Below are positions 1-9,100 of a stretch of 64,000 bases of DNA, one piece after another. A program made the position numbers and the translations under genes. The number at the start of each line of letters is the position of its first letter. Position 1 is the first letter of the stretch. The notes beneath the pieces were generated by a model. The model saw only the letters and a list, made by a program, of their open reading frames with translations. It searched no databases and was not told where the DNA came from. The stretch is from an uncultured Gemmatimonadaceae bacterium (GTDB lineage Bacteria > Gemmatimonadota > Gemmatimonadetes > Gemmatimonadales > Gemmatimonadaceae): NCBI GenBank assembly GCA_963716745.1, contig OY970320.1, forward strand, positions 1,696,001-1,760,000. Reading direction: 5' to 3'.

Positions 1-1
1 T

Positions 2-2227
2 TTCTGGGTCGCGAGTAACGATCCGCAGCGGATGATCCAGTCGAGCGACGGCGGCGCGAGCGTGTCGTATAACGGCGGCAAGACGTGGTCGCTGCAGGAT
101 TACGCGACGGCGCAGTTCTATCACGTGTCCACGACGAATCACTTCCCGTACCGCGTGTGCGGCGCGCAGCAGGACAACAGTGCGATGTGCGGACCGAGCC
201 GGTACGCCGGCGGCATCCCGTTCGATCAGTGGTACGATCCGGGCGGGGGCGAGTCGGGCTACATCGAGGCCAAGCCGGATGAGCCGGACATCACCTTCGG
301 CGGCGACAACAGCGGCCTGCTCACGCGCAAAGACCACCGCACGGATTTCCTGCGCATCGTGAACGTGTGGCCGAACAGTCCGGACGGGCACGCGGCCGCG
401 GAGAGCCGCTACCGCTTCCAGTGGACGGCGCCGATCCTGATCTCGCCGCACAATCCGAACGTCGTGTACACGGGCGGGAATGTGGTGTTCAAGACTACGG
501 ACCAGGGGCAGAGCTGGACCGCGATCTCTCCCGATCTCACGCGCAACGATCCGAAGACGACGGTCACATCCGGCGGACCGATCACGCACGACCAGACGAC
601 CGCCGAGTTCTATGCCACAGTGTTCACCATCGCGGAGTCGTTCAAGAAGGAAGGCGTGCTGTGGGCGGGATCGGATGACGGTCTCATCCACGTGACCGTG
701 GATGGCGGCAAGCACTGGACGAAAGTGACGCCGACGGGCTTCGGCGATTTCACCCGCGTGTCGCTCATCGAGGCGGGGCACTTTGGCGAAGGTACGGCGT
801 ACGTGGCCGCGAACCGCTATCAGTTGCAGGATGATGCGCCGCTGATCTACAAGACCAACGACTTCGGCCGCACGTGGACGAAGATCGTCACCGGCATCCC
901 GGCCACGGAATTCGTGCGGAGCGTGCGCGAGGATCCGGTGCGGAAGGGGCTGCTCTTCGCGTCCACGGAGAAAACGGTATACGTGAGCTTCGATGATGGC
1001 GCGCACTGGCGTTCGCTCAAGCGAAATCTCCCGTGGGTGCCGGTGCACGATCTCGCGATCAAGGGCGCGGACCTCGTGGCGGCGACGCATGGGCGTTCGT
1101 TCTGGATCATGGATGACATCACGCCGCTGCGGATGATGACGCCGGCCACGGTGGCCGCGTCGCCGCGCGTGTACGCGCCGATCGATGCGTACCGCATCCA
1201 ATGGGGCCAGGTGTCCGAGACGCAGCCGCCGTCGCAGCCGCTGGGGATGAACCCGTCGAGTGGCGCGATCATCTACTACACGCTGGCCTCCGCGGGCCAG
1301 ACGGTGACGGTCGACATCCTGGATGAGAAGGGGAAGACGATCCGCTCGTTCGCGAGCGGCATGGACTCGCTCGCTCGCGCGGACAGTCTGCTCAAGGAGA
1401 CGGTGAAGGCCGCGATGGCCGACAGCATCCGCAAGACGGGCGCTGTGCCCGACACCGCCGCGCTCTCGGACGCGGTGGCCGGCTTCGACAACGAGTTCAA
1501 TCCGCCGTGGCCGCAGCGCGTGCCGCCGGAACCGCGCGCGCCGGACAAAGCGGGGCTCAACAAGTTCGCCTGGAACATGAACTACCCCGACGCGCGGCAG
1601 TTCACCGGCGCGTTGGGGATGTACAGCACGGGCCCGATGGCGCTGGCCGGATCCTACTGGGTGCGAGTGACGGCGAACGGCAAGTCGGACTCCGCGCGCT
1701 TCACGCTCGTGAACGATCCGCGCATCAAGGTGAGCGCGGAGGATCTCAAGGCGCAGTTCGATTTCGAGATGAAAGTGCGCGACACCGTATCGGCCGGCGT
1801 GACCGCGCTGCTCACGGTGCGCAACGTGCGCTCGCAGCTCGCCGATCGCATGGCGAAGATGAAGCCGGCCGACACCGCGGCGGTCGCCGCTGCCGCGAAG
1901 TCACTGCTCGCGCGCATGGCGACGGTGGAACAAACGCTCTATGAGACGCGGATGCGCTCCGACGAGGACAATCTCGTCTACGCACCGGGCCTGCTCGAGC
2001 GCACGAGCAGTCTCGGCGGGATGGCGTCGTCGATGCCCGCCCGGCCGACGAATCAGATGGTGGAAGTGTTCAACGATTTCGCTCCGCAGATCGCCAAGCA
2101 GTTGAACGATCTCAAGAGTGCGCTCGCGAGCGACCTGCCGAGAGTGAACGACGCACTCAAGAAGGCGGGCGCGGCGCCGGTCGTGGCGAGTTCGGTGGAT
2201 GTCATGATTCCGGCGCGATCGTTCTGA
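2..2227 (+). CDS. BNR/Asp-box (VPS10/sortilin-like) beta-propeller glycosyl hydrolase-like protein, 5'-truncated by the window edge
   Basis: Repeated Asp-box motifs (SYNGGKTW, TTDQGQSW, TVDGGKHW, TNDFGRTW, SFDDGAHW) and a C-terminal helical region. The frame is open back to base 2. Confidence 0.8.
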   Translation, partial: FWVASNDPQRMIQSSDGGASVSYNGGKTWSLQDYATAQFYHVSTTNHFPYRVCGAQQDNSAMCGPSRYAGGIPFDQWYDPGGGESGYIEAKPDEPDITFGGDNSGLLTRKDHRTDFLRIVNVWPNSPDGHAAAESRYRFQWTAPILISPHNPNVVYTGGNVVFKTTDQGQSWTAISPDLTRNDPKTTVTSGGPITHDQTTAEFYATVFTIAESFKKEGVLWAGSDDGLIHVTVDGGKHWTKVTPTGFGDFTRVSLIEAGHFGEGTAYVAANRYQLQDDAPLIYKTNDFGRTWTKIVTGIPATEFVRSVREDPVRKGLLFASTEKTVYVSFDDGAHWRSLKRNLPWVPVHDLAIKGADLVAATHGRSFWIMDDITPLRMMTPATVAASPRVYAPIDAYRIQWGQVSETQPPSQPLGMNPSSGAIIYYTLASAGQTVTVDILDEKGKTIRSFASGMDSLARADSLLKETVKAAMADSIRKTGAVPDTAALSDAVAGFDNEFNPPWPQRVPPEPRAPDKAGLNKFAWNMNYPDARQFTGALGMYSTGPMALAGSYWVRVTANGKSDSARFTLVNDPRIKVSAEDLKAQFDFEMKVRDTVSAGVTALLTVRNVRSQLADRMAKMKPADTAAVAAAAKSLLARMATVEQTLYETRMRSDEDNLVYAPGLLERTSSLGGMASSMPARPTNQMVEVFNDFAPQIAKQLNDLKSALASDLPRVNDALKKAGAAPVVASSVDVMIPARSF

Positions 2228-2250
2228 ACTACAGACTGAATCCTTGGAAA

Positions 2251-2304
2251 GCGGACTGTCGGCTGTTGGCTGTCGCCTGCAACAGCCGACAGCCGACAGT
2301 CTGC
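2251..2304. repeat. Heptamer-unit palindrome (family A, CTGTCGG/CCGACAG)
   Basis: Arms gcggactgtcggctgttggctgt (2251-2273) and acagccgacagccgacagtctgc (2282-2304), 2 mismatches in 23, between convergent genes. Confidence 0.85.
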
Positions 2305-2331
2305 ATTCTGACGTCCAAGGTCACCACCCCT

Positions 2332-4659
2332 TCAAGCGCCATCCAGATCAACGGATACATCGCCATACTCTGCCCTCTGAACTGCGGGCCGAAAGCCGAA
2401 GAGGATGACATGCCCCGCGCCTTCATGCACATCCACGAGCGCGGCCTTGCCGCGAAGTTTATCGCCGCCTAACAGCCAGCCTGAGGCGAGCGGGTCCTGC
2501 TCGAGCGGATAGAGCGCGACCACCGTTGCGCGCGTCGTGTCCGTCACCTCGAAGGCGGGGCTGTGCTCGAACCACGCCACCGGATGCGCCGTCATCAGCT
2601 TCGCGAGCGGATGATTGCGATCGACGTACACCGTGAGCAGCGAACCGGGCGAGTAGAACTCGCGCGACGGGATCCCCATGAGCACATCGCGCACCGGGAG
2701 ATCCAGCGCCGTGATCGCCCAGCGGCTCGCATCGTTGAAGGTGACGACCGTGCCGCCGGCGGCGACGAATTCCTTGAGCGCCGCGGCGCCGATCTCGCCA
2801 ATGCCGCCGGTGAGTGAATCGGGGTAGGTCTCATCCGTCGCGCCGTCGCGGATCTCACGCGGCGACTGATCGGGGATGATGATCACGTCGTAGCGCGCGC
2901 GCAGCGCGCCGGCGCGCACTTCGGCATTCACGATCGAGCGGAAGGGGATCTTGTATTCATCGAACAGGAATCGCGTCCAGCCTTCGTCGATCGCGCCCGC
3001 GTAGCTGCGATAGATGCCAATGCGGCGTGCCGACGAACCCGAGAGCCCGGGCACTTCGAGGATCGGTTCGCTCACCGGTGCGATGATCTCGCCCACGGGC
3101 ACCGGGAAGGAATCCGCGGCTGCGACGCCCACACCCATGAGCAGCGGCAGCGTGTGTGCGGTCACGTCGTACGGCTCGCGCGGCGGACCGCCGGGATATT
3201 CGCGCATGTCGGGGTAGTGCTGCACTTCGAGCAGCGCCTTCGCGAAGCCGCCGTACGGTTGCGCCGTGAGCACCACGTACGTTCCCGCCGAATACTTCAC
3301 GTTGTTCACCGCGAAGGGCGCCGTGGCGCGCCGGATCTCGACGCCGCCGCGCTGCAGGATGCGGATGAGCGTGCGGAGCGGCGCTTGGTCGGGCTGCTGC
3401 ATGGGGATCACGAACGCCGCGGGCCACTTCTCGCGGCCGGCGGCTCGCTTCCCTTCCACCGCGCGCTCGGCGACGCGCGCGAAGCTCTCCATCCACATCG
3501 CACGCGCGCGCGACGCGTTCGCGAGTAGCGCCCACGTGGCGCTCGTCTGGTAGTCCACGATGTTGGCGAGCGTCCAGCGCCCGCCGGGCCATGGCGCGAG
3601 GAAATTCCAGGTGGCCGTGCGCGCATCGTAGCCGCGCCCCTCGCGCAGCGAGTCGAACGGGACGTCCATCGGCGTCGCGAGCTTCGCCGATGCGGTCTCG
3701 GTGAGCAAGCGCACGCCACCGTGATAGTGCGAGTACGCGCGTGCGGGGGTCCACGCGTCGTAGATGGCGTTCGTGGCGATGCCGGTCTTCCCTTCCACCA
3801 TGAGCCGCCACGCCATCGCGAGGCCCAGCTGGTCGAGCCCGGCGAGCAGCACGGGATCGACATTGGGCTCGAACGGGTCGAGGTAGGGCGGGATGAAGAT
3901 CCGCGAGCCGTACGACCCCTGCTGGTGGATGTCGTTCACGATCGCGGGATGCCAGCGGTTGTGCAGCGAGTCCACCGTGAGCTGCGTCTCCACCTGCGTG
4001 AAGGCGTACCAATCGCGATTGTTGTCGTGGCCGGTGTAGTGATGATAGATCTCCGGCGGATCGGTACCTTCGCTCTTCGTGCCGAGCGTGGCGCGGTACC
4101 AATCGCCCACGATGTCCACGCCGTCGGGATTGAGCGACGGCACGAGGATCACGATCGTGTTCGCGCGGATCGCGCGCGCGTCGGCGTCCTCGCTGGTCAC
4201 CAGCCGGTGCGCGAGCACGAGCGGCGTGACGATCCCGCCCACTTCGTCGGAGTGGATGCTCGATGTCACGAGCACGACGAGCTTGCCGTTCAGGATGAGC
4301 GAATCGCGCTCGTGCGCGCGGCGGAGGCGCGGATCGGCGAGCCGGCGCTGGATCTCGCGCCACTTCGGGAGGTTCGCGATGACGCTCGCATCGCCGATGA
4401 ACGCCGCGATGAACGGCCGGCCGAGCGTGGTCTTGCCGAGCGTGCGCACCGTGATGCGCGGGCTCGCGGCGTCGAGCTTCGTGAAGTACTCCACCACCTG
4501 ATCCCACGAGGGGAGCTTCCGGTCCGCGCCCGGCTCGAAGCCGAGCACCGAGGCAGGCGTGGGGATCTTCGCGGGCGCCGTCGCATGCGGCTTCGATTTC
4601 GTCTGCGCGCCCGCGGAGCTCGCGAGGAGCATGACGGCAACAAAGTGATGGAGTCTCAT
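2332..4659 (-). CDS. Secreted M14-family zinc carboxypeptidase with C-terminal GATase-like domain
   Basis: Signal peptide, HxxE (IHSDE), NRDW and DIHQQG motifs. A probable +1 error near 2387 replaces the expected FGFRPQFRGQS tail, so the corrected frame ends at 2229. Confidence 0.85.
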   Translation of the reverse strand: MRLHHFVAVMLLASSAGAQTKSKPHATAPAKIPTPASVLGFEPGADRKLPSWDQVVEYFTKLDAASPRITVRTLGKTTLGRPFIAAFIGDASVIANLPKWREIQRRLADPRLRRAHERDSLILNGKLVVLVTSSIHSDEVGGIVTPLVLAHRLVTSEDADARAIRANTIVILVPSLNPDGVDIVGDWYRATLGTKSEGTDPPEIYHHYTGHDNNRDWYAFTQVETQLTVDSLHNRWHPAIVNDIHQQGSYGSRIFIPPYLDPFEPNVDPVLLAGLDQLGLAMAWRLMVEGKTGIATNAIYDAWTPARAYSHYHGGVRLLTETASAKLATPMDVPFDSLREGRGYDARTATWNFLAPWPGGRWTLANIVDYQTSATWALLANASRARAMWMESFARVAERAVEGKRAAGREKWPAAFVIPMQQPDQAPLRTLIRILQRGGVEIRRATAPFAVNNVKYSAGTYVVLTAQPYGGFAKALLEVQHYPDMREYPGGPPREPYDVTAHTLPLLMGVGVAAADSFPVPVGEIIAPVSEPILEVPGLSGSSARRIGIYRSYAGAIDEGWTRFLFDEYKIPFRSIVNAEVRAGALRARYDVIIIPDQSPREIRDGATDETYPDSLTGGIGEIGAAALKEFVAAGGTVVTFNDASRWAITALDLPVRDVLMGIPSREFYSPGSLLTVYVDRNHPLAKLMTAHPVAWFEHSPAFEVTDTTRATVVALYPLEQDPLASGWLLGGDKLRGKAALVDVHEGAGHVILFGFRPAVQRAEYGDVSVDLDGA

Positions 4660-4674
4660 GCCCCTAATTCTGCT

Positions 4675-4906
4675 CGACTGGCATCAAGGTTCAAGTTTTG
4701 ACCGGATGCATCGGATGGAGCGGATCGATCGGATACGCCCATGCGGCGCGAGGAGTCATCCGCGCCGAGTAGAGCTGTTGTTGTGTTGTTAACAACAAGA
4801 CAAGCCGCTGCCCGGCGCGTGGCAGCCGGTGCGGCTGCAAGGAGGTATCCGATCGATCCGCTCCATCCGACGCATCCGGTCAAGATTTGAACCTTGATGC
4901 CAGTCG
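4675..4906. repeat. 232-bp element with 62-bp terminal inverted repeats containing 9-nt CGGAT-periodic units (MITE-like or structured RNA)
   Basis: 4675-4736 vs 4845-4906 shows 3 mismatches in 62. Three short hairpins lie inside. Confidence 0.85.
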
Positions 4907-4940
4907 CGCCAAACGGAACGTCGCGAGCGCGATGTCCAAC

Positions 4941-6920
4941 TCAGATGTCCCGGATCTCGTCCGCCGCGTCGAGCACATGCCCGATCTCCTTCGACAGCGC
5001 GCGCGCTTCGATCGTCGCGCTCGTCACATCGCCGATCGCCGACTGCACGCCCGACGATCGCAGCTTGAGCAGATCGTACTTGAGATTCTGCAGCGCGATC
5101 CCCGCGCTCTCGAGCTGGCCCGCGAGCCGCGCGCGGCGCGTGCCGAGCTCGGCGAGCGATGTGCGCTGGCGCTCCAGCAATCCGAGCCGGCGTTCGTGGT
5201 CGGGACTGTTCTCCGGTTCGGACCTCACCTTCTCGATGTGTGCGTCGAGTTCGGTGAGCTTGCGTGGCGACGCATCCGCGTCGAGATCGGTGAGTAGTTG
5301 CGCGACCGCCGCGACGCGCTGTGCGAGCGCGTCCACGGTGGGAACGACGTCCGGAATGAGGTCACGGTCCGCCTTCGCGAGCGAATCTACGACGCTGAGC
5401 ACCGTTGCGCGGTCGGCCGCGGCGCGGCGCACCGCCGCGCCGTGCGGCCCCGCGAGCACCGTGGCCGATGCAAGCTTCGCAGCGAGCGTGTTCGTATCGG
5501 GCTCGGGCAGCGCAGCCGGTTGCGCGACCGCCCCGCCGTGTGCCGCCGTGGCGCGAGCGGCAGCGCGCGCCGCGGCGATGTTCTTCGCGGCTTCCGGCCC
5601 GAAGACCTGTCCCCACGTCACCCCTTCGGCCCAGAGTCGCGTCCACTGGCGCCACACGCCCATGCTGAGCGCGACGGCGGGGAAGATCACCCACGGGAAT
5701 TGGCTCGACGTGACGTAATTCACCGTCGCGAGCACGGTGAGCAAGGTCACGGTGCTCACGAGGCTGCCGCGGAATCGCATGATGCGCTCGTGCAGCGGTC
5801 GCTGGCGGAAACCCTCGATCAGATCCTGGAATCCCTCGCGCCGCAAGCGGCGCTGCTCGCGCTGCAGCAGTTTCTGCTCCTGCCGCGAGAGCGGGTACTG
5901 CAGCACCGGCACGGGCAGCGGCGGCACGCCCGGCGGGAGCGGGAGCGCGCGTCCCACCGGCTGCGCGCTCTCGCGAGCCGCGTCGTACGGAACGCGCGGC
6001 ACGGGGATGGCGGCGGGAACGAGTTGCCCCTCGCGCGCGTCACTTACGGGATGCTGCCATGGGCCGGGTTCGAGACCGGTGTCACGCGCGTCCACCGCAT
6101 CGCGGAACGCGGCGGCGGTGGGCCACCGGTCCTCCGGACGCTTGGCGAGCGAGCGGTCGATCGCCGCGGCGAGCGCGGCCGGCGCGTCAGCGCGCCGCTC
6201 GCGCACCGGCAGCGGGATCGTGCTCACGTGCTTCATCATCATCGCGGGCGTGTTACTCGCCTTGAAGGGCAGTTCGCCGGCGAGCATTTGATACCCCACC
6301 ACGCCCAGCGAATAGATGTCGCTGCGGCCGTCGAGCTCGCGTTCGCCCAGCGACTGCTCGGGCGACATGTACGCCGGCGTGCCCACCGCCACGCCCGTGA
6401 CCGTGAGCTGGCTGTCGGACTCGGCCGCGCGCGCGATGCCGAAGTCGCTCACCATCGGGCGGCCGCTCTCGGCGTCGAGCAGGATGTTGTCCGGCTTGAT
6501 GTCGCGATGGATCACGCCGTGCTGGTGCGCGTAGTACAGCGCGTCGGCCACGTCGTGCAGGATGCGGCGAGCGGCCGGCACCGTGAGGCGCGGCGTGCGC
6601 GCGAGCAGGCTCGCGAGACTTTCGCCCTCGACGAGCGCCATCACGAAATACACGAGGCCGTTGCGCTCATCCACCGCGTAGATCGGCACGATGTTCGGAT
6701 GCGAGAGACGCGCCGCCATCTCGGCTTCGCGCTGGAAGCGGCGGCGCACGTCCTCGCGGAAGGCGAACTCGGGCGGCAGCACTTTGATCGCCACCTTCCG
6801 GCGCAGCCGCCGGTCCATCGCCCGGTAGACCACCGCCATCCCGCCGCGACCGATCTCCGCCTGGATCTCGTACTGCTCGCCGACCGCTGCGACCGCGCGA
6901 TCGCGCATCGGGTCGGTCAC
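4941..6920 (-). CDS. Hanks-type Ser/Thr protein kinase with Pro-rich linker, 2 TM helices and C-terminal helical/coiled-coil domain
   Basis: GRGGMA, VAIK, HRDIKPDN, DFG and GTPAYMSPE motifs plus a hydrophobic hairpin. The GTG start overlaps the upstream stop (GTGA). Confidence 0.92.
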   Translation of the reverse strand: MTDPMRDRAVAAVGEQYEIQAEIGRGGMAVVYRAMDRRLRRKVAIKVLPPEFAFREDVRRRFQREAEMAARLSHPNIVPIYAVDERNGLVYFVMALVEGESLASLLARTPRLTVPAARRILHDVADALYYAHQHGVIHRDIKPDNILLDAESGRPMVSDFGIARAAESDSQLTVTGVAVGTPAYMSPEQSLGERELDGRSDIYSLGVVGYQMLAGELPFKASNTPAMMMKHVSTIPLPVRERRADAPAALAAAIDRSLAKRPEDRWPTAAAFRDAVDARDTGLEPGPWQHPVSDAREGQLVPAAIPVPRVPYDAARESAQPVGRALPLPPGVPPLPVPVLQYPLSRQEQKLLQREQRRLRREGFQDLIEGFRQRPLHERIMRFRGSLVSTVTLLTVLATVNYVTSSQFPWVIFPAVALSMGVWRQWTRLWAEGVTWGQVFGPEAAKNIAAARAAARATAAHGGAVAQPAALPEPDTNTLAAKLASATVLAGPHGAAVRRAAADRATVLSVVDSLAKADRDLIPDVVPTVDALAQRVAAVAQLLTDLDADASPRKLTELDAHIEKVRSEPENSPDHERRLGLLERQRTSLAELGTRRARLAGQLESAGIALQNLKYDLLKLRSSGVQSAIGDVTSATIEARALSKEIGHVLDAADEIRDI

Positions 6921-8860
6921 GTCTTGCGCGACCCTCGCCGCGCGGAAGCGTTCGCGGCCAGCCGTGCCTCATCCACGCCGACGAGCGCGGCGTCCACGTC
7001 GTCGGCCAGGGCACGCGCGCGCATCGTGAGCTGCGTGATCTGCGGCGCCACCTCGGCCACGCCGCCGGCGCGCAGGCGCAGGATGTCGAGGCGCATGTTC
7101 TGCAGCTGAAGGCGGCAGCTCTCGAGCTTCGCCACCGCCTCGTCGCGCTTCTTCGTCGCGTCCGCGAGCGCGCGGCGTTGGCGCTTGAGGATCGCGAGCT
7201 TCCGAACGCGCTCCTCGCTGCCCGCCGTGTCGAGCGGATTCGCCTCGCTCTCGAGCTTGGTGATCTGGCGCTCGAGGTCCGCGGACGCGCCCGGCGTCAC
7301 CGCGCGCTCGTTCTCGATCGCCGATCCGGCGAGCGACTGGATGCGCTTGAACAGTCCGTCCGCGGCGGGGATCACGCCGTCCACCAGATTCCGGTCGGAC
7401 GCGGGCAGCGACAGCATCAAGCGCGTGATCTCTTCGCGGTCCTGCGCCGCCTGTCGCACGACGCCGTCGAACCGCCCGTAGGATCCGGCGGCGATGGCGA
7501 ACGCGTTGCCCACCGGCACGAGCGCGCGCTGCTGGCTCAACTCGCGGTTGCGCGCCTTCAACTTCTCGCGCTTGTCGCGGTCGAACACCGACCCGACCTC
7601 CTCCGCCGTCTCCTGCGCGAGATCGATCAGGCTGCGGTCGCTCGTCTGCTTGAACACCGCTCGCCAGTCGTAGCCCGCGGTCCAGAGCCTCGAATAGCGC
7701 ACCGCCATGACCACGGTCCAGAAGATCGGCACGACCATGAGGTCGTGGCTGCTGAAGATGGAGACCACGACCAGCACACCATTGACGAACGCGTACGTCG
7801 CGAACTGGCCGCGGAACTTCACCACTTCGGGCTTGGACCAGCTGGCCACCTCGTCGGCGGTGGGCGTGGTGTACTGTCCCGCGCCGGGTGGCGGGCGCAC
7901 GCCGTACGGCACCGCGGTGCCGATCGGCGAACGATACGACATCGGCAGCGACCCGGTCTCGTGCGGCGGCGCGGGCGCGGGCATCGCGCTCGCATCGCCG
8001 CGCAACGCCTGCGAGAGCACGGTCGCGTTCGCGAAGCAATGCTCCGGCTCCTTCTCGAGCAGCGTCATGACGGCGCGCGCGAGATCGGGCGGCGTCTCCT
8101 CACGCCACGCTTCCACCGGCTGCGGACGTTCGCTGATGTGCTTCATCAACATCGACGGCGTGCTCGATGCCTGGAACGGCAGGCGCCCCGCGAGCATCTG
8201 ATAGCCCACCACGCCCAGCGCGTACAGGTCGCTCCGCCCGTCGATCTCGCGATCGCCCGCCGCCTGCTCGGGACTCATGTACGCGGGCGTGCCGATCGCG
8301 ACGCCGGTGGCGGTGAGGCGCGAGTCGGCGCCTTCCTGGATCGCGCGCGCGATGCCGAAGTCGGTGACCATCGCGCGGCCGTCATCCTTGTCGAGGAGGA
8401 TGTTGTCCGGCTTAATGTCGCGGTGCACCACGCCGCGCGAATGCGCGTACGCCAGCGCGTCGCTCACCTCGGTGAGGATCTTCCGCGTGTCGTCCACCGG
8501 AATGCGCCCCTCGTCGTGCAGGCGCTTCGCGAGGGTCGGCCCCTCCACGCACGCCATCACGAAGAACACCAGCCCCTCGCGCTCGTCAACGCTGTAAATG
8601 GGCACGATGTTCGGGTGCGACAGTTGCGCCGCCGTCTCGGCTTCGCGCAGGAAGCGCTGCCGGATCTCTCCACGGAACGCGAGCTCCGGCGGCAGCACCT
8701 TGATGGCCACCACGCGCTTGAGCCGGCGGTCCTTGGCGCGGAACACGATGCCCATGCCGCCGCGCCCGATCTCCTGATCCAGATCGTAGTTCGCGGAGAG
8801 CGCGCGCTCTACGAGCGCCCGCATCTCTGCGTCCGACGAAAGCGCGATGGGATCGGGCAA
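6917..8860 (-). CDS. Hanks-type Ser/Thr protein kinase, paralogue of the adjacent kinase (kinase-2TM-coiled coil)
   Basis: GRGGMG, VAIK, HRDIKPDN, DFG and GTPAYMSPE motifs with the same architecture. The exact start (TTG 8860 or a later ATG) is uncertain. Confidence 0.92.
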   Translation of the reverse strand: MPDPIALSSDAEMRALVERALSANYDLDQEIGRGGMGIVFRAKDRRLKRVVAIKVLPPELAFRGEIRQRFLREAETAAQLSHPNIVPIYSVDEREGLVFFVMACVEGPTLAKRLHDEGRIPVDDTRKILTEVSDALAYAHSRGVVHRDIKPDNILLDKDDGRAMVTDFGIARAIQEGADSRLTATGVAIGTPAYMSPEQAAGDREIDGRSDLYALGVVGYQMLAGRLPFQASSTPSMLMKHISERPQPVEAWREETPPDLARAVMTLLEKEPEHCFANATVLSQALRGDASAMPAPAPPHETGSLPMSYRSPIGTAVPYGVRPPPGAGQYTTPTADEVASWSKPEVVKFRGQFATYAFVNGVLVVVSIFSSHDLMVVPIFWTVVMAVRYSRLWTAGYDWRAVFKQTSDRSLIDLAQETAEEVGSVFDRDKREKLKARNRELSQQRALVPVGNAFAIAAGSYGRFDGVVRQAAQDREEITRLMLSLPASDRNLVDGVIPAADGLFKRIQSLAGSAIENERAVTPGASADLERQITKLESEANPLDTAGSEERVRKLAILKRQRRALADATKKRDEAVAKLESCRLQLQNMRLDILRLRAGGVAEVAPQITQLTMRARALADDVDAALVGVDEARLAANASARRGSRKT

Positions 8861-9026
8861 TGGGGGGTCCGGCTCAGGTTCAGGTACGGAAGATGCTTAG
8901 TGTACCACTCAGGGGCCGATCTGAAAAGGCGATCCGGCCGTCGCGGCAGTGGCACTACGTCAGAGCGGCGGTCGGAAGTTGCAATATCTGCCCCGGTGGC
9001 GTAACTCAACCTCACGGCCGGAACGC

Positions 9027-9051
9027 GGAACTGTCGGCGCTGTCGGCGGTT
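9027..9051 (+). promoter_or_regulatory. Possible SigH/SigR-type ECF promoter upstream of lon
   Basis: GGAAC-N17-GTT about 50 nt before the lon ATG. The motif is short and could be chance. Confidence 0.3.
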
Positions 9052-9100
9052 TGAAATAGTAGGAGTCGCGGCCCGGCCGGTCATCAATCCAGGTGTCATC

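Noticed and set aside
4737..4844. tRNA gene suggested by three hairpins inside a closing stem
   Set aside because: No T-loop GTTCRA, D-loop or CCA features, and the arm sizes do not fit a tRNA.
5298..9004. Long plus-strand ORFs 5298-7109 and 7178-9004
   Set aside because: Arg/Ala-rich antisense shadows of the kinase genes, expected at high GC.
8861..9100. CIRCE, HAIR or sigma-54 site upstream of lon
   Set aside because: No sequence matches these consensus motifs with correct spacing.
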